Assembly (NCBI GenBank): GCA_028280735.1
Contig: JANQLH010000305.1
Coordinates: 3,798 to 67,797, forward strand
DNA from: SAR324 cluster bacterium
GTDB lineage: Bacteria; SAR324; XYD2-FULL-50-16
Direction: 5' to 3'
DNA length: 64,000 nucleotides
The stretch's first letter is position 1. Each line of letters opens with the position of its first letter. Below the pieces are notes generated by a model, which saw only the letters and a list, made by a program, of their open reading frames with translations, searched no databases and had not been told where the DNA came from. Positions 9,331 through 19,996 of this stretch are shown here, piece after piece. The position numbers were made by a program, and so were the translations under genes.

Positions 9331-11061
9331 ATGGCAAAAGAAGGGAAGAAGGTAGTTGATCTCATTTATATAGAAAAGCAGAAAGATGAAGCAACCGTGG
9401 TCAAGGATTACAGATTTAGCCTTGAACATTGGAAAACAGCTCTGAAAAAGCTGCAGGAACATTATTTTGAGCAACACTTTAATTCCACATCACCCGATGT
9501 TCTGGAAATTCTAGCCATGCGGAAGTTTCTGGGTCAATTCGTTCAAGGCAGGATAGACTGGATTGTTAACGAAGTCAGCGATGCCGATCTGAGAAGGAAA
9601 TACCTAAACGTTCTACCCCCGTTTCCACAAAAGGGAGGAATTAAAAGAATTCTGCTGCATTTCTTCCAAATGATAGATTCCAGCGATAAAAAAAGCCTGG
9701 TATACAAAGCCAAAAACGATATCGAAAAAGAGATCAGTATTCTCTGGGATATATATAAACTGCGAAAGACCATCGATTCCATAGAAACCATAAAAAAATC
9801 CCTCGGCAATTCGGAGGCCTTTCCTTCAATCTATTCCATTGAGAAAAGAAACGACTGCCTTGACTCACTCAAGCTTGTGTTCCAATTGATGTTTCAGATG
9901 AGTATTCAGAAGGAATATCAAAAGGATTTATACGTTGACCTTTCAGCAGACCTGATGCAGCCGGAAAACGTATTGGAACGCCAGGAAAGCGGCCAGTCCT
10001 TTGTCTACCCTCATGTTATCAGTAAGTTTGATTATCGAAACCATTTTTTCTACGTCTATTACTGCCCGGGAATGAAGGCCAAAATCGCGGGTAAAATCAA
10101 GAATTTTCATTTTAACTATCTTGATTTTGAAGTTATCAAACAGGAGTTTCTGGTTGATTGGATGAACAGGAAACTGGAGGGTAATCCGAAAAAGAGGGAT
10201 ATCTACAAAAAATATTGTATCGGCAACAAAACAATCGATCAGATCATCGATGAGGACCCCGCTTCGGAAATTGAAATTCTAAAGCAGTTGCCTTTGGCGG
10301 TTTTCAACGACATTACTGCAGAAGTAAACGAAGCCGTAAGCGAGGATTTAAAATCTGATGTCGAATCCTTTTCTGAAAATCACGGGGAGTACGCCAAAGT
10401 AAACAAGGAATTTGAAAAAGCGCAGACAATTGCCAAATCTCCAATCACCAAAATCAAGGAGATGTTAAAAGGGAAAAAGGAAAATTCCCAACCTGAAGTG
10501 AAAACCGTTGAGGCTCCACCTAAACCTATGGAACCACCGGCACCTGAGCCGGTAAAACCACAGTATGCCGTAATCAAGGTCAAGAAAAATCAAATTGATT
10601 ATCCCTATTTTCAAAAGGAGGCGGCCACCTATAAATCAAAGATGTCTCTGATGAGAGTAAAAATGGGGCCTGCTTATACGGAGTTCAATAAAGACCTGGG
10701 GAACTTTTTCGGTAGTATCACCGAATCAGCCCTGATTAAAAGGCGAACGCCGAAACATGAGGTGATTTTTCCTCATATCATTAAAGAAACAACCGGAGAC
10801 AGAGTCATTCATCATTTGCTGATTTTGGGAGCTGAGGTAAAAGCCAAACAACTAAGCATGGCATACAGCACTTCGGGTTCCGAAGATACCCATTCCTATA
10901 CCTGCTTTTTTTTGTATGGAACGGATGTCGTTAATGAACAAATGGGTGAAATAGTAGAGACCCGGCATGCCAGAGGTATTGATTTTAGTCTGTATAACTT
11001 TGCTCTCCCAACAGTTCAAAAAGCGGCAATGGAATTTTATAAAATGGTCTTGAAAAAATAG
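9331..11061 (+). CDS. hypothetical protein (orphan, about 577 aa)
   Basis: Long open frame. The track starts it at TTG 9298, but I prefer ATG 9331 (MAKEGKKVV..). It has a Pro-rich linker EAPPKPMEPPAPEPVKP and no catalytic or nucleotide-binding motif that I can see. Confidence 0.6.
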   Translation: MAKEGKKVVDLIYIEKQKDEATVVKDYRFSLEHWKTALKKLQEHYFEQHFNSTSPDVLEILAMRKFLGQFVQGRIDWIVNEVSDADLRRKYLNVLPPFPQKGGIKRILLHFFQMIDSSDKKSLVYKAKNDIEKEISILWDIYKLRKTIDSIETIKKSLGNSEAFPSIYSIEKRNDCLDSLKLVFQLMFQMSIQKEYQKDLYVDLSADLMQPENVLERQESGQSFVYPHVISKFDYRNHFFYVYYCPGMKAKIAGKIKNFHFNYLDFEVIKQEFLVDWMNRKLEGNPKKRDIYKKYCIGNKTIDQIIDEDPASEIEILKQLPLAVFNDITAEVNEAVSEDLKSDVESFSENHGEYAKVNKEFEKAQTIAKSPITKIKEMLKGKKENSQPEVKTVEAPPKPMEPPAPEPVKPQYAVIKVKKNQIDYPYFQKEAATYKSKMSLMRVKMGPAYTEFNKDLGNFFGSITESALIKRRTPKHEVIFPHIIKETTGDRVIHHLLILGAEVKAKQLSMAYSTSGSEDTHSYTCFFLYGTDVVNEQMGEIVETRHARGIDFSLYNFALPTVQKAAMEFYKMVLKK

Positions 11062-11326
11062 TGTACCCTTTCCCAATGACTTCTTGTCCGACATGATCTC
11101 CCCTTAACACATCTCCTGGTCAATAACCCCTGCCGTTTCCGAAAACCGGGACCGGGTCTGTTCTTAGCACGGGTTAATACTGTTTTACAAACCACGATAG
11201 TGGCTATAAAATCAAGCATTGCAACCGTCATTATTGGGGTGGTTTTTCACGATCAACACACTATATTGTTTGAAAAAACACTGAATAAGAGACTCTAAAA
11301 TTTGATAAGCATATAAGGAGTGCGTT

Positions 11327-13159
11327 TTGGGTAAACTACGAAGCAGTGTTACAAAAGAAGGAAGAAAAATGGCCGGCGCCAGGGCTCTTTGGCGTGCAAA
11401 CGGAATGAAAGAAGAAGATTTTGAAAAACCGATTATTGCAATCGTCAACTCATTTACTCAATTTGTTCCGGGACATGTGCACTTGCATGGAATTGGGCAA
11501 CTCGTCAAAAAAATTGTTGATTCCAGTGGCGGATTTGGAGCGGAATTTAACACGATCGCGATAGATGACGGTATTGCCATGGGCCACGAAGGAATGCTCT
11601 ACTCGCTGCCAAGCAGGGACCTGATCGCCGACTCGGTTGAGTACATGGTTAATGCTCATGTTGCCGATGCGATGATCTGCATCTCCAACTGCGATAAGAT
11701 AACCCCTGGAATGCTAATGGCTGCCATGCGGCTCAACATTCCCGCTGTATTTGTTTCGGGCGGTCCCATGGAGGCCGGGAGAATAGGAGATAAGAAAATC
11801 GATTTGATCGATGCAATGATTGCTGCAGGAGATGATTCCGTTAAGGATGAAGAACTGGAAGAAATTGAGAAGTCAGCTTGTCCTACCTGTGGCTCTTGCT
11901 CGGGTCTCTTTACTGCAAACAGCATGAACTGCCTGACTGAAGCGATGGGACTTTCATTTCCGGGAAACGGCACCTTGGTGGCTACTCATCAGAATCGCCA
12001 TGAATTGTTTGAAAAAGCAGGGAGACGTATCGTTGAAATGGCGAAACGCTGCTACTTTGAAGGAGATGATTCTGTGCTCCCAAGAAACATTTGTAACGCA
12101 GAAAGCTTCAACAACGCTATGGCCCTGGATATTGCCATGGGAGGATCAACCAATACCGTTTTGCATATGCTGGCTATCGCGGAAGAAGGACAGATTGAAT
12201 TTGACCTGGAAAAAATTGATAAAATTTCCCGTAAAGTCCCGACCTTGTGTAAAGTAGCACCATCATCCGCATATCATATCGAAGATGTTCACCGGGCAGG
12301 CGGTATCATGGGAATTTTAGAACAGCTACGGGAAAAAAACCTTCTTCACACGGAATCCCGAACAGTTTCAGGATTAAATATGGGGGAACAGATCGACGAT
12401 TGCAGTATTCTTCATGATCCAAATCCCGGGGCTGAACAGCTGTTCCTTTCAGGAGTGAGTGGAAGAAAATCAATAACGGCGTTTTCACAAAACTCCACCT
12501 TCGACGCTCTGGACAGGGATAGAAAAAACGGATGTATTCGCTCCATTGACCATGCTTATGCCAAAGACGGCGGATTATGTGTCCTGTATGGAAATATTGC
12601 CGAGGATGGATGTATTGTGAAAACCGCCGGAGTCGATGAGAAAATTTGGGTATTTGAAGGCAAGGCAAAGGTTTTTCATTCCCAGGAAGAGGCCTGTGAT
12701 GCAATCCTGGCTGATCAGATTGAGTCTGGTGATATTGTTTTTATCAATTTTGAAGGACCTAAGGGAGGTCCGGGTATGCAGGAAATGCTCTATCCGACCT
12801 CTTTTTTAAAATCAAAAAAGCTGGGTGCGGAGTGTGCCTTGGTAACCGATGGAAGATTCAGCGGAGGAACTTCCGGCCTGAGTATCGGCCATGTCTCACC
12901 TGAAGCTGCAGAAGGCGGGAATATCGGCTTAGTGGAAGATGGCGACAAGATTAAAATTGATATCCCTCAACGTTCGATCAATCTTGAAATAACAGATGAT
13001 GAATTGAAACTTAGAAGAGAAAAGATGGAGCAAAAGGGAGACCAAGCCTGGAAGCCTACCAAGCGTAATCGCACTGTCTCCAGGGCTTTGGAGGCATACA
13101 GTTTAATGGTAACCAGCGCTGCAAGGGGCGGTGTCAGAGACTTGAGCCAGCTGAAATAG
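11327..13159 (+). CDS. ilvD: dihydroxy-acid dehydratase
   Basis: 610 aa. IlvD/Edd family motifs are present ([39 protein letters not shown]). The TTG start is preceded by AAGGAG at 11315-11320. Confidence 0.95.
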   Translation: MGKLRSSVTKEGRKMAGARALWRANGMKEEDFEKPIIAIVNSFTQFVPGHVHLHGIGQLVKKIVDSSGGFGAEFNTIAIDDGIAMGHEGMLYSLPSRDLIADSVEYMVNAHVADAMICISNCDKITPGMLMAAMRLNIPAVFVSGGPMEAGRIGDKKIDLIDAMIAAGDDSVKDEELEEIEKSACPTCGSCSGLFTANSMNCLTEAMGLSFPGNGTLVATHQNRHELFEKAGRRIVEMAKRCYFEGDDSVLPRNICNAESFNNAMALDIAMGGSTNTVLHMLAIAEEGQIEFDLEKIDKISRKVPTLCKVAPSSAYHIEDVHRAGGIMGILEQLREKNLLHTESRTVSGLNMGEQIDDCSILHDPNPGAEQLFLSGVSGRKSITAFSQNSTFDALDRDRKNGCIRSIDHAYAKDGGLCVLYGNIAEDGCIVKTAGVDEKIWVFEGKAKVFHSQEEACDAILADQIESGDIVFINFEGPKGGPGMQEMLYPTSFLKSKKLGAECALVTDGRFSGGTSGLSIGHVSPEAAEGGNIGLVEDGDKIKIDIPQRSINLEITDDELKLRREKMEQKGDQAWKPTKRNRTVSRALEAYSLMVTSAARGGVRDLSQLK

Positions 13160-13168
13160 GAACTCCTT

Positions 13169-14899
13169 ATGAATATCTATAAAGGTATCGGCGTTTCAAA
13201 CGGTGTCGCGATTGGAAAAGTGCTGAAAATCAACTCTGCATACATGAATTATCCGCGGATTCAATTTGATTCCAGTGACAAAGTGCCTTCCGAAATTCAA
13301 AGAATCAAAGAAGCACAGGAATCCGTCGAATCCCAGTTGGATGCCATCATGGAACAGGGAGTGGATTTTTTACCCGAGGAAATAAATTCCGTTTTTTCCA
13401 GCTACAAAATGTTTATCGGGGACAAGAAATTCATTCCCGCCATTGAGCAAAAAATCGTTGAAATGCAGATTAATGCTGAATGGGCCCTGATTTATGTTTT
13501 GGCTGATTTGGAAAAGCAATTCAAGGCGATTCCCGATCCTTATATCAGTTCAAGATTCGATGATATCCGGCAATTGGGAGAGCGTATCATGAATCACCTG
13601 TTGAAGAAGCCTCACCTTGATTTGAGTCAGTTAAAAGAACCGGTTGTTGTGATTTGTCATGACATTTCACCGGCCGACTCCTTTCACCTGGCCAAGGCAA
13701 AACTGCTGGGAATTGTCACAGAATTGGGAGGGACCACTTCACATTCTTCTATCTTAGCACGGGCTATGAACATTCCCGCGGTTGTCGGAGTTCAAAACAT
13801 TACCTTAAGGTTGCAGGATGAGCAAAATGTAATTTTGGACGGCAACCTGGGAGAAGTGATTGAGGAACCGACAGAAGAACAGATACGTACCAAACTGGAT
13901 AAAAAGGAGCGCTACCATTTCTATCTGGACAATCTGAAAAAGCTTGCAGACAAAGAGTGTGTTCTTTCAGACGGACAACGAGTGGATCTTGCTGCTAACT
14001 TGGATTTTCTTTCAGAGTTGCCTACTATCAATAAACTTAAAATCCCGTCTGTGGGATTAATTCGTACCGAGTTCCTGTTTTTAATTGAAGAATCCTTTCC
14101 GGATGAAGAGCAGCAATTTCAGCTTTATAAACAAATAATTGAAGATCTGGAATATAAACCGATCACTATTCGCACTTGGGATGTAGGTGGTGACAAACCT
14201 ACTTTTGCTTTTCCCGAATTAGCTGCTGAAACCAATCCCGCACTCGGGTTACGAGCCATTCGCGTCTGCTTGAAATACCCGGATATTTTCCGGACACAAA
14301 TTCGTGCAATTATCCGTGCATCAGAGATAAGCAGCATAAAAGTCATGATCCCCATGGTCACCCGTATTGATGAAGTGATTAAAGCAAAGAGCATTATTGC
14401 GGAAGAGCAGAAGAACCTGGGATCATCCGGAGAAAACCTAGAAATCGGCTGTATGATTGAAACACCGGCATCAGCCTTTATTATTGAGGATTTACTGGAT
14501 CTGATAGACTTCATTAGCATTGGGTCAAATGACCTGATTCAGTATGCACTGGCTGTAGATAGAATGAATGAGCATGTCGCAGACTTATTTGCACCTTTTC
14601 ATCCCGCAATATTAAAGATGTTGGAAAAAATTGTGGTCAGTGCCAACAGAATGAATAAATACGTGTCTATCTGCGGTGAACTGGCAGCAGATTCAATCCT
14701 GCAAATGTTTATGTTGGGAATTGGTAATGTCACCTTTTCCATGGCTCCGAACCATGTTTTACAGACAAAAAGTATTTTACAAAAGGTCGACAGGGCGACT
14801 TGCAAAAAAATTGCATTCCAATTTATGAACAAGCATTCCTATGAAGAAAACAATCAGTACGTGCAACTACTCAAAGAACAATATTTCGATACTTTTTAG
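13169..14899 (+). CDS. ptsI: phosphoenolpyruvate-protein phosphotransferase (PTS enzyme I)
   Basis: 576 aa. The active-site His region is GGTTSHSSILARAMNIPAVVG, and the C-terminal PEP-utilising TIM-barrel motifs are GSNDLIQY and CGELA. It lies 9 nt after ilvD. Confidence 0.93.
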   Translation: MNIYKGIGVSNGVAIGKVLKINSAYMNYPRIQFDSSDKVPSEIQRIKEAQESVESQLDAIMEQGVDFLPEEINSVFSSYKMFIGDKKFIPAIEQKIVEMQINAEWALIYVLADLEKQFKAIPDPYISSRFDDIRQLGERIMNHLLKKPHLDLSQLKEPVVVICHDISPADSFHLAKAKLLGIVTELGGTTSHSSILARAMNIPAVVGVQNITLRLQDEQNVILDGNLGEVIEEPTEEQIRTKLDKKERYHFYLDNLKKLADKECVLSDGQRVDLAANLDFLSELPTINKLKIPSVGLIRTEFLFLIEESFPDEEQQFQLYKQIIEDLEYKPITIRTWDVGGDKPTFAFPELAAETNPALGLRAIRVCLKYPDIFRTQIRAIIRASEISSIKVMIPMVTRIDEVIKAKSIIAEEQKNLGSSGENLEIGCMIETPASAFIIEDLLDLIDFISIGSNDLIQYALAVDRMNEHVADLFAPFHPAILKMLEKIVVSANRMNKYVSICGELAADSILQMFMLGIGNVTFSMAPNHVLQTKSILQKVDRATCKKIAFQFMNKHSYEENNQYVQLLKEQYFDTF

Positions 14900-14931
14900 T
14901 GAAATCTATCAAGATAATGAATTGGAATTTC

Positions 14932-15246
14932 ATGAAAGCAGTTAAAATAATCGGGATCGTTTTCTTGCTGATATTAACACTCACTTTGCATTCGCAAGCC
15001 CAATCCGCAACCTTTATGGGAACTGATGACAAAGGGGCCAGGTATTTCAAATGTGGTTTTTCATGCGGGAAATTCAAAGTAATTCGAAAAGCCAGGAATA
15101 CCTACCGAATCTTTTCTATCTATTTCAGTGGAGAAATCAAAGCAAGCTCGTTTGAGGAAGCTGCTGAATATGCCTGCAGAGAATCCGATGACTCAATGAG
15201 GAAACTTACAGACCCTATTCCCTCAAGAAGCGGCTCCAACTGTTAA
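14932..15246 (+). CDS. small secreted hypothetical protein
   Basis: The signal-peptide-like N-terminus is MKAVKIIGIVFLLILTLTLHSQAQS. The track begins the frame at GTG 14899, so the start is uncertain. Confidence 0.45.
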   Translation: MKAVKIIGIVFLLILTLTLHSQAQSATFMGTDDKGARYFKCGFSCGKFKVIRKARNTYRIFSIYFSGEIKASSFEEAAEYACRESDDSMRKLTDPIPSRSGSNC

Positions 15247-15254
15247 TCTACCCC

Positions 15255-15851
15255 ATGACAATAAGATCAATCAGTACAATTGATGTGGTACTTGCATCAC
15301 GGGCAACCTGGCGCAGTGATATCCTTAAACAACTGGGAATAAAGCATCGCCAAATAGAACATCGATACGACGAACCCAGGTTTGCCTCAGGTTCTCTGGA
15401 AAAATTCATAGAAAGCATTGCCGTCGAAAAAGCAAAATCGTTGGAGCTTGAATGCGCCGGCTCAATGATTGTTGCCGCCGATCAATTGATTTCTCTTGAG
15501 AATACAGTGCTGTACAAACCGGGCACACCCGAAAGGGCTGTTGAGCAATTGCAGCTCTTGAACGGCAAGGAGCACAGGCTAATCTGTGCGGTTGCCGTGT
15601 TGTTTAACGGGAAGCTTAAATCATCTGTCGCTATGGCCGAACTGACGATGAGAGATCTCCAACAGCAGGAGATAAAGAAATATGTTGATATTGATAAACC
15701 ATGGGATTGTGCAGGCTCTTATAAAATAGAATCGCTTGGCGCTTCCCTTTTTGAGCATATCAAGGTTGATGATCCAACCACGATTGTAGGCCTGCCATCC
15801 AATAAACTGCTGGATATTTTGAGGCAGTTCGGCTTTTCAAATCTATTGTAG
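15255..15851 (+). CDS. maf: Maf-like nucleoside-triphosphate pyrophosphatase
   Basis: 198 aa. Maf family pattern: VLASRATWRSDILKQLGI, AADQ, GKP, AGSYKIE, VGLP. Confidence 0.85.
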   Translation: MTIRSISTIDVVLASRATWRSDILKQLGIKHRQIEHRYDEPRFASGSLEKFIESIAVEKAKSLELECAGSMIVAADQLISLENTVLYKPGTPERAVEQLQLLNGKEHRLICAVAVLFNGKLKSSVAMAELTMRDLQQQEIKKYVDIDKPWDCAGSYKIESLGASLFEHIKVDDPTTIVGLPSNKLLDILRQFGFSNLL

Positions 15852-15856
15852 TTCCT

Positions 15857-16492
15857 TCAAAAAGAGAGCTGGAAAGAATCCGGCTCTGAATCATCCGACT
15901 CTTGCTCCAACTGTCCCCAATCCACCTCAACTTTCTTGATACCTTGGTATTTATCTTCATACAAAATATTTCGGTTTTGAACACCATGAAGAAAGACGTC
16001 TCTTGTGACAGCCACATCCTGGCAGCAGTAGTCAATTATTTTCTGTATCTTCTCTTTATCGCCATTGAGATATTCCTTGTACCACTTCAGAGCCAACAGA
16101 CCATCGGCTGATTTACCAACCTGCAGAGTCGGACGAGCGACATCATCCAGTTTAATTCTTCTGCCGATTCTATCTTTCAAATCGACCAAAAGGTCCAGAT
16201 TGTCCAATTGCATAAATTCTTCCATCTGTTTTCTTCTTTCGTCTTCACCGGTGAAATAGCCTGTCAGCACGGTGTAGTCAAATCCCAAATGATTGTAACC
16301 AACCACAGTTGGCCCCGACTTTAGGTGTTTGATAAGGTCCATCACCTCATTTTCCAGGTAGACTGCAAAATCGTTTTTGGAAGAATCCCACAAAACACCC
16401 ACCGACATCTTCATTTCAGCAATGTTGTTCCATCCGCCGACCTCCTGGGCAGAACGCTGAGTTTCCAAATCGAACACCAAATAGTCTTTCAT
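15857..16492 (-). CDS. RNase H-fold DEDDy-type 3'-5' exonuclease-like protein
   Basis: 211 aa. It has Exo I-like FDLET, Exo II-like GYNHLGFD and Exo III-like YCCQDV motifs in the canonical order. Confidence 0.55.
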   Translation of the reverse strand: MKDYLVFDLETQRSAQEVGGWNNIAEMKMSVGVLWDSSKNDFAVYLENEVMDLIKHLKSGPTVVGYNHLGFDYTVLTGYFTGEDERRKQMEEFMQLDNLDLLVDLKDRIGRRIKLDDVARPTLQVGKSADGLLALKWYKEYLNGDKEKIQKIIDYCCQDVAVTRDVFLHGVQNRNILYEDKYQGIKKVEVDWGQLEQESDDSEPDSFQLSF

Positions 16493-16621
16493 AGCGTTTT
16501 CACTTAAAAATAAATGGTTTAGAATTATCTAAAAAATCAGGCATAAATTGATTCTAGCGTTCCTCATCCAATTCTGTTAACACCATTTGATGTCATATCG
16601 AAAATTAAGCTGTACTCAGAA

Positions 16622-17560
16622 ATGTCTGCTCCCAACAAAGAAAAAATAAAACAATTGATATTTCAAGCGGGCTTTTCCCTGGTTGGTTTTCTGCGTTACA
16701 GCGATTGTAACCTGGGAGACTGGATCTCTCCGTGGTTGAAAAACAACTATCATGCAGACATGAGCTGGATGGAGCAGTATGAAAACATCCGGATAAATCC
16801 CAGTACAATCGAAAGTTATACAAAATCAATCATTTCTGTTGCTTTCAATTACAAAACCAAGCCACCGGGAGCTTGGGAGACCAATAATCCAATCAGCAAT
16901 TATGCCTGGGGAGAAGACTATCATGTAGTTCTGAGGAAAAAGCTGGACGTCGTACTTGAAACCTTAAAAAGGGACTTTCCCGAGTTTAAAGGCAGGATTT
17001 TTGTCGATACCGCTCCTATTCCGGAAAAGATTATCGCCAGAAACTCCGGTATCGGTTGGATAGGAAAAAACAGCATGTTGATTAATCGCAGGTTGGGATC
17101 TTATCTGTTTTTAGCGGAAATCGTGTCGAATCTGGATATCTCATCTGATAGACCAGCCAAGGATTATTGCGGTACCTGCAGGAAATGTATCGATGCCTGC
17201 CCCACCAATGCGATTGTGGAAGATGGTATCATCGATTCAAACCGTTGCATTAGTTATTTAACTATTGAAAAAAGGGGTGCCTTTTCGAAAACAGAAACGG
17301 CTTTGCTGGATTATCAACTGTTTGGTTGTGATATTTGTCAGCAGGTTTGTCCCTGGAACAAAAAGAGCCCTTTTACCGACTCAAAAGAGTTTCAGATCCA
17401 TGAAAAGTGGCTGGACATAAACATCGAAGAATGGAAGAACCTTACCCAAGAAAAATTTAATAGACTGAAAATAAAAAGCCCTGTCAAAAGAGCGAAATAT
17501 GAAGGTTTTCTCCGAAATCTTCAGGCAGTTTTAACAAAGCGCAATATTCCTGGCCGGTAA
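16622..17560 (+). CDS. queG: epoxyqueuosine reductase
   Basis: 312 aa. Two 4Fe-4S ferredoxin motifs are present (CGTCRKCIDACP and CDICQQVCPWN), along with the QueG-type N-terminal region. Confidence 0.88.
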   Translation: MSAPNKEKIKQLIFQAGFSLVGFLRYSDCNLGDWISPWLKNNYHADMSWMEQYENIRINPSTIESYTKSIISVAFNYKTKPPGAWETNNPISNYAWGEDYHVVLRKKLDVVLETLKRDFPEFKGRIFVDTAPIPEKIIARNSGIGWIGKNSMLINRRLGSYLFLAEIVSNLDISSDRPAKDYCGTCRKCIDACPTNAIVEDGIIDSNRCISYLTIEKRGAFSKTETALLDYQLFGCDICQQVCPWNKKSPFTDSKEFQIHEKWLDINIEEWKNLTQEKFNRLKIKSPVKRAKYEGFLRNLQAVLTKRNIPGR

Positions 17561-17627
17561 GCTTTGATTGACGCATTTTTTCATGTTGATCATACTAAAA
17601 GAATAACTTTTCAACACCGATACATGT

Positions 17628-18641
17628 ATGACTGATCAGAATCACAATCTTGTTTCAGGTGATTTTCAGCAGGAAGAAGATCACCATGAATACTCCCTAA
17701 GACCCTCCCGATTTAATGAATACATTGGCCAGCAGGATATGAAAGATAACCTGCAGGTTTTTATTTCGTCCGCACTTAAACGAAAAGAAGCCTTGGATCA
17801 CGTATTGTTGTACGGTCCGCCGGGTCTTGGAAAAACAACCATGGCCAATATTATTGCCAGGGAAATGGAATGTTCGGTTCGTTCCACATCCGGCCCGGTT
17901 ATTGAAAAACAAGGCGATCTGGCCGCAATTCTTACCTCTTTGGAACCAAAACAGGTTCTGTTCATCGATGAAGTGCACCGAATGAATCGCGTCATCGAAG
18001 AGGTGCTCTATTCAGCTATGGAAGACTATACCTTGGATATCATGATAGGTCAGGGTCCCAGCGCCAGAACGATTAAACTGGATTTGCCTCGCTTTACGCT
18101 AATTGGTGCTACAACCCGAACCGGTCTGCTTTCCACTCCGCTTCGAGAACGATTCGGTATTCCCTTACATTTTGAATACTATCAGCCCGAAGAATTGAAG
18201 CAGATTATCGTTCGTTCTGCCGGTATTCTTGATGTTCAGATTTTTGACGATGCTGCACTGGCACTTGGTAAAAGATCTCGTGGAACTCCAAGAATAGCTA
18301 ACAGGCTCCTAAAAAGAGCCAGGGATTTTGCAGATTTGAAAACTGATGGAGTGATTACACTGGAAATTGTTGATGAGACCCTTACCAGACTCGGTATTGA
18401 CGAAATTGGATTGGATCGCCTTGATCGAACTATTTTAAATCAGATTATTAAGATACACGGTGGCGGACCTGTTGGTATCACTACAATCGCCGCAAGTGTT
18501 TCAGAGGAATCCGACACTATTGAAGAAATGGTTGAGCCCTTTTTATTAAAAAGCGGTTTGATAAGAAGAACACCGAGGGGTCGAGTCGTTACCGAACGAG
18601 CATATGAAGTTCTCGGTCTTGATCCGCCTTCCTCTGAGTAA
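17628..18641 (+). CDS. ruvB: Holliday junction branch-migration ATPase RuvB
   Basis: 337 aa. Motifs present: LRP..F.EYIGQ, Walker [18 protein letters not shown] and the sensor region [10 protein letters not shown]. No ruvA lies upstream. Confidence 0.97.
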   Translation: MTDQNHNLVSGDFQQEEDHHEYSLRPSRFNEYIGQQDMKDNLQVFISSALKRKEALDHVLLYGPPGLGKTTMANIIAREMECSVRSTSGPVIEKQGDLAAILTSLEPKQVLFIDEVHRMNRVIEEVLYSAMEDYTLDIMIGQGPSARTIKLDLPRFTLIGATTRTGLLSTPLRERFGIPLHFEYYQPEELKQIIVRSAGILDVQIFDDAALALGKRSRGTPRIANRLLKRARDFADLKTDGVITLEIVDETLTRLGIDEIGLDRLDRTILNQIIKIHGGGPVGITTIAASVSEESDTIEEMVEPFLLKSGLIRRTPRGRVVTERAYEVLGLDPPSSE

Positions 18642-18660
18642 AAACACTATTATAAAAGAA

Positions 18661-19992
18661 ATGGAAAAAGCACACATCCACACTTTTGGTTGTCAAATGA
18701 ATGAACACGACAGCCAAAGGATGGCAGCAATATTAAAAAGGGAAGGATACCAACTGACGGACGATATCAAGGACGCAGGTCTGGTGTTGATCAATACCTG
18801 CTCGGTTAGAGAAAATCCTGAAAACAAGGTTTACAGTTTGTTAGGCAGGTTAAGCAGGATAAAACGAAACAAACCCGACATGATCATTGGTGTGGCCGGA
18901 TGCGTTGCCCAACAAGAAGGTGAATCCATTCTCAAACGAGTAAAAGAAGTAGATATGGTGTTTGGCACCGATAATGTTTTTAACCTTCCCACGATGATAA
19001 CGGAAGTCAAACAGGGCAAACGAGCTCTTTATACCGGGTGGCTTCCTCGGGAGAAAAACATACAAAACTTTATTCCGGATCAGGAACTGGAATCCGGTAC
19101 CGTGGATGGATGCAAGGCTTACCTTGCCATTACCAAAGGTTGTGACAACTATTGCTCATTTTGTATTGTACCTTCAACACGCGGCAAGCTGGTTAGCAGG
19201 GAAAAGGAAAACATTTTGGAGGAAGCCGGGAATCTAATATCCAAAGGTGCTAACGAGATCCAGATCCTAGGTCAAAATGTCAATTCATACCGGGCAGGAG
19301 ATGCTGTCTTTTATGACCTTTTGGAATCCCTTGCTTCACTACCCGACCTCAAAAGGCTGAGATTCACGTCACCTCATCCAAATGATTGGAACAACCGTCT
19401 CAGCGATTTAATGGCTGCTCATACATCAATCTGCAACCATATTCATCTTCCTTTTCAAGCCGGGTCAGATCGCATATTGGATTTGATGAAACGCGGTCAT
19501 ACCTCAAAGGAGTTCCTGGAAAAAGTTGCCTATTTAAAAGAAAAAATTCCGGATATCTCGATTACGACCGATGTCATCGTCGGTTTTCCCGGAGAATCGG
19601 AAGAGGAGTTTAAAGAGACGCTAAAAATAATTGAATTGGTTCGCTTCAGCCAGATTTATGCGTTCAAATACTCTTCCCGTCCCGGAACCAAAGCTGCAAA
19701 AATGAAGGATACAGTCCCCCGGAAAGAAAAAGAAAACAGGCTCCAACAACTTTTATCAATTCAGGAAAAAATACAATCCGAAATACTGGACCAAATGGTA
19801 GGAACTAAACAGCAAGTCTTGATTGATAGCGCACACCCCAAAGAAAGGGGAGTGATGAATGGCAGGAGCGACAATAACTTCCCGATTTCAATTGTTGAAC
19901 GCTCCCTGGAAATCGGCGATTTAATAACCGTAGAAATAACCGGAAGGAAAAAACACTCTTTGACCGGAACATTGATTAATGCCTGTATCTAA
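18661..19992 (+). CDS. miaB: tRNA-i6A37 methylthiotransferase MiaB
   Basis: UPF0004 N-terminus HIHTFGCQMNEHDS, radical-SAM motif CDNYCSFCIVP, and a TRAM C-terminus. I use ATG 18661 rather than the track start at 18604, which overlaps ruvB. Confidence 0.92.
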   Translation: MEKAHIHTFGCQMNEHDSQRMAAILKREGYQLTDDIKDAGLVLINTCSVRENPENKVYSLLGRLSRIKRNKPDMIIGVAGCVAQQEGESILKRVKEVDMVFGTDNVFNLPTMITEVKQGKRALYTGWLPREKNIQNFIPDQELESGTVDGCKAYLAITKGCDNYCSFCIVPSTRGKLVSREKENILEEAGNLISKGANEIQILGQNVNSYRAGDAVFYDLLESLASLPDLKRLRFTSPHPNDWNNRLSDLMAAHTSICNHIHLPFQAGSDRILDLMKRGHTSKEFLEKVAYLKEKIPDISITTDVIVGFPGESEEEFKETLKIIELVRFSQIYAFKYSSRPGTKAAKMKDTVPRKEKENRLQQLLSIQEKIQSEILDQMVGTKQQVLIDSAHPKERGVMNGRSDNNFPISIVERSLEIGDLITVEITGRKKHSLTGTLINACI

Positions 19993-19996
19993 AACT

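Noticed and set aside
9154-9477. 107-aa minus-strand ORF in the divergent promoter region.
   Set aside because: It overlaps the 5' end of the 9331-11061 frame. Its product is hydrophobic low-complexity sequence from AT-rich DNA, with no RBS.
12306-12704. 132-aa minus-strand ORF inside ilvD. The same applies to 11656-11973, and to 14125-14520 inside ptsI.
   Set aside because: These are antisense to strongly supported conserved genes.
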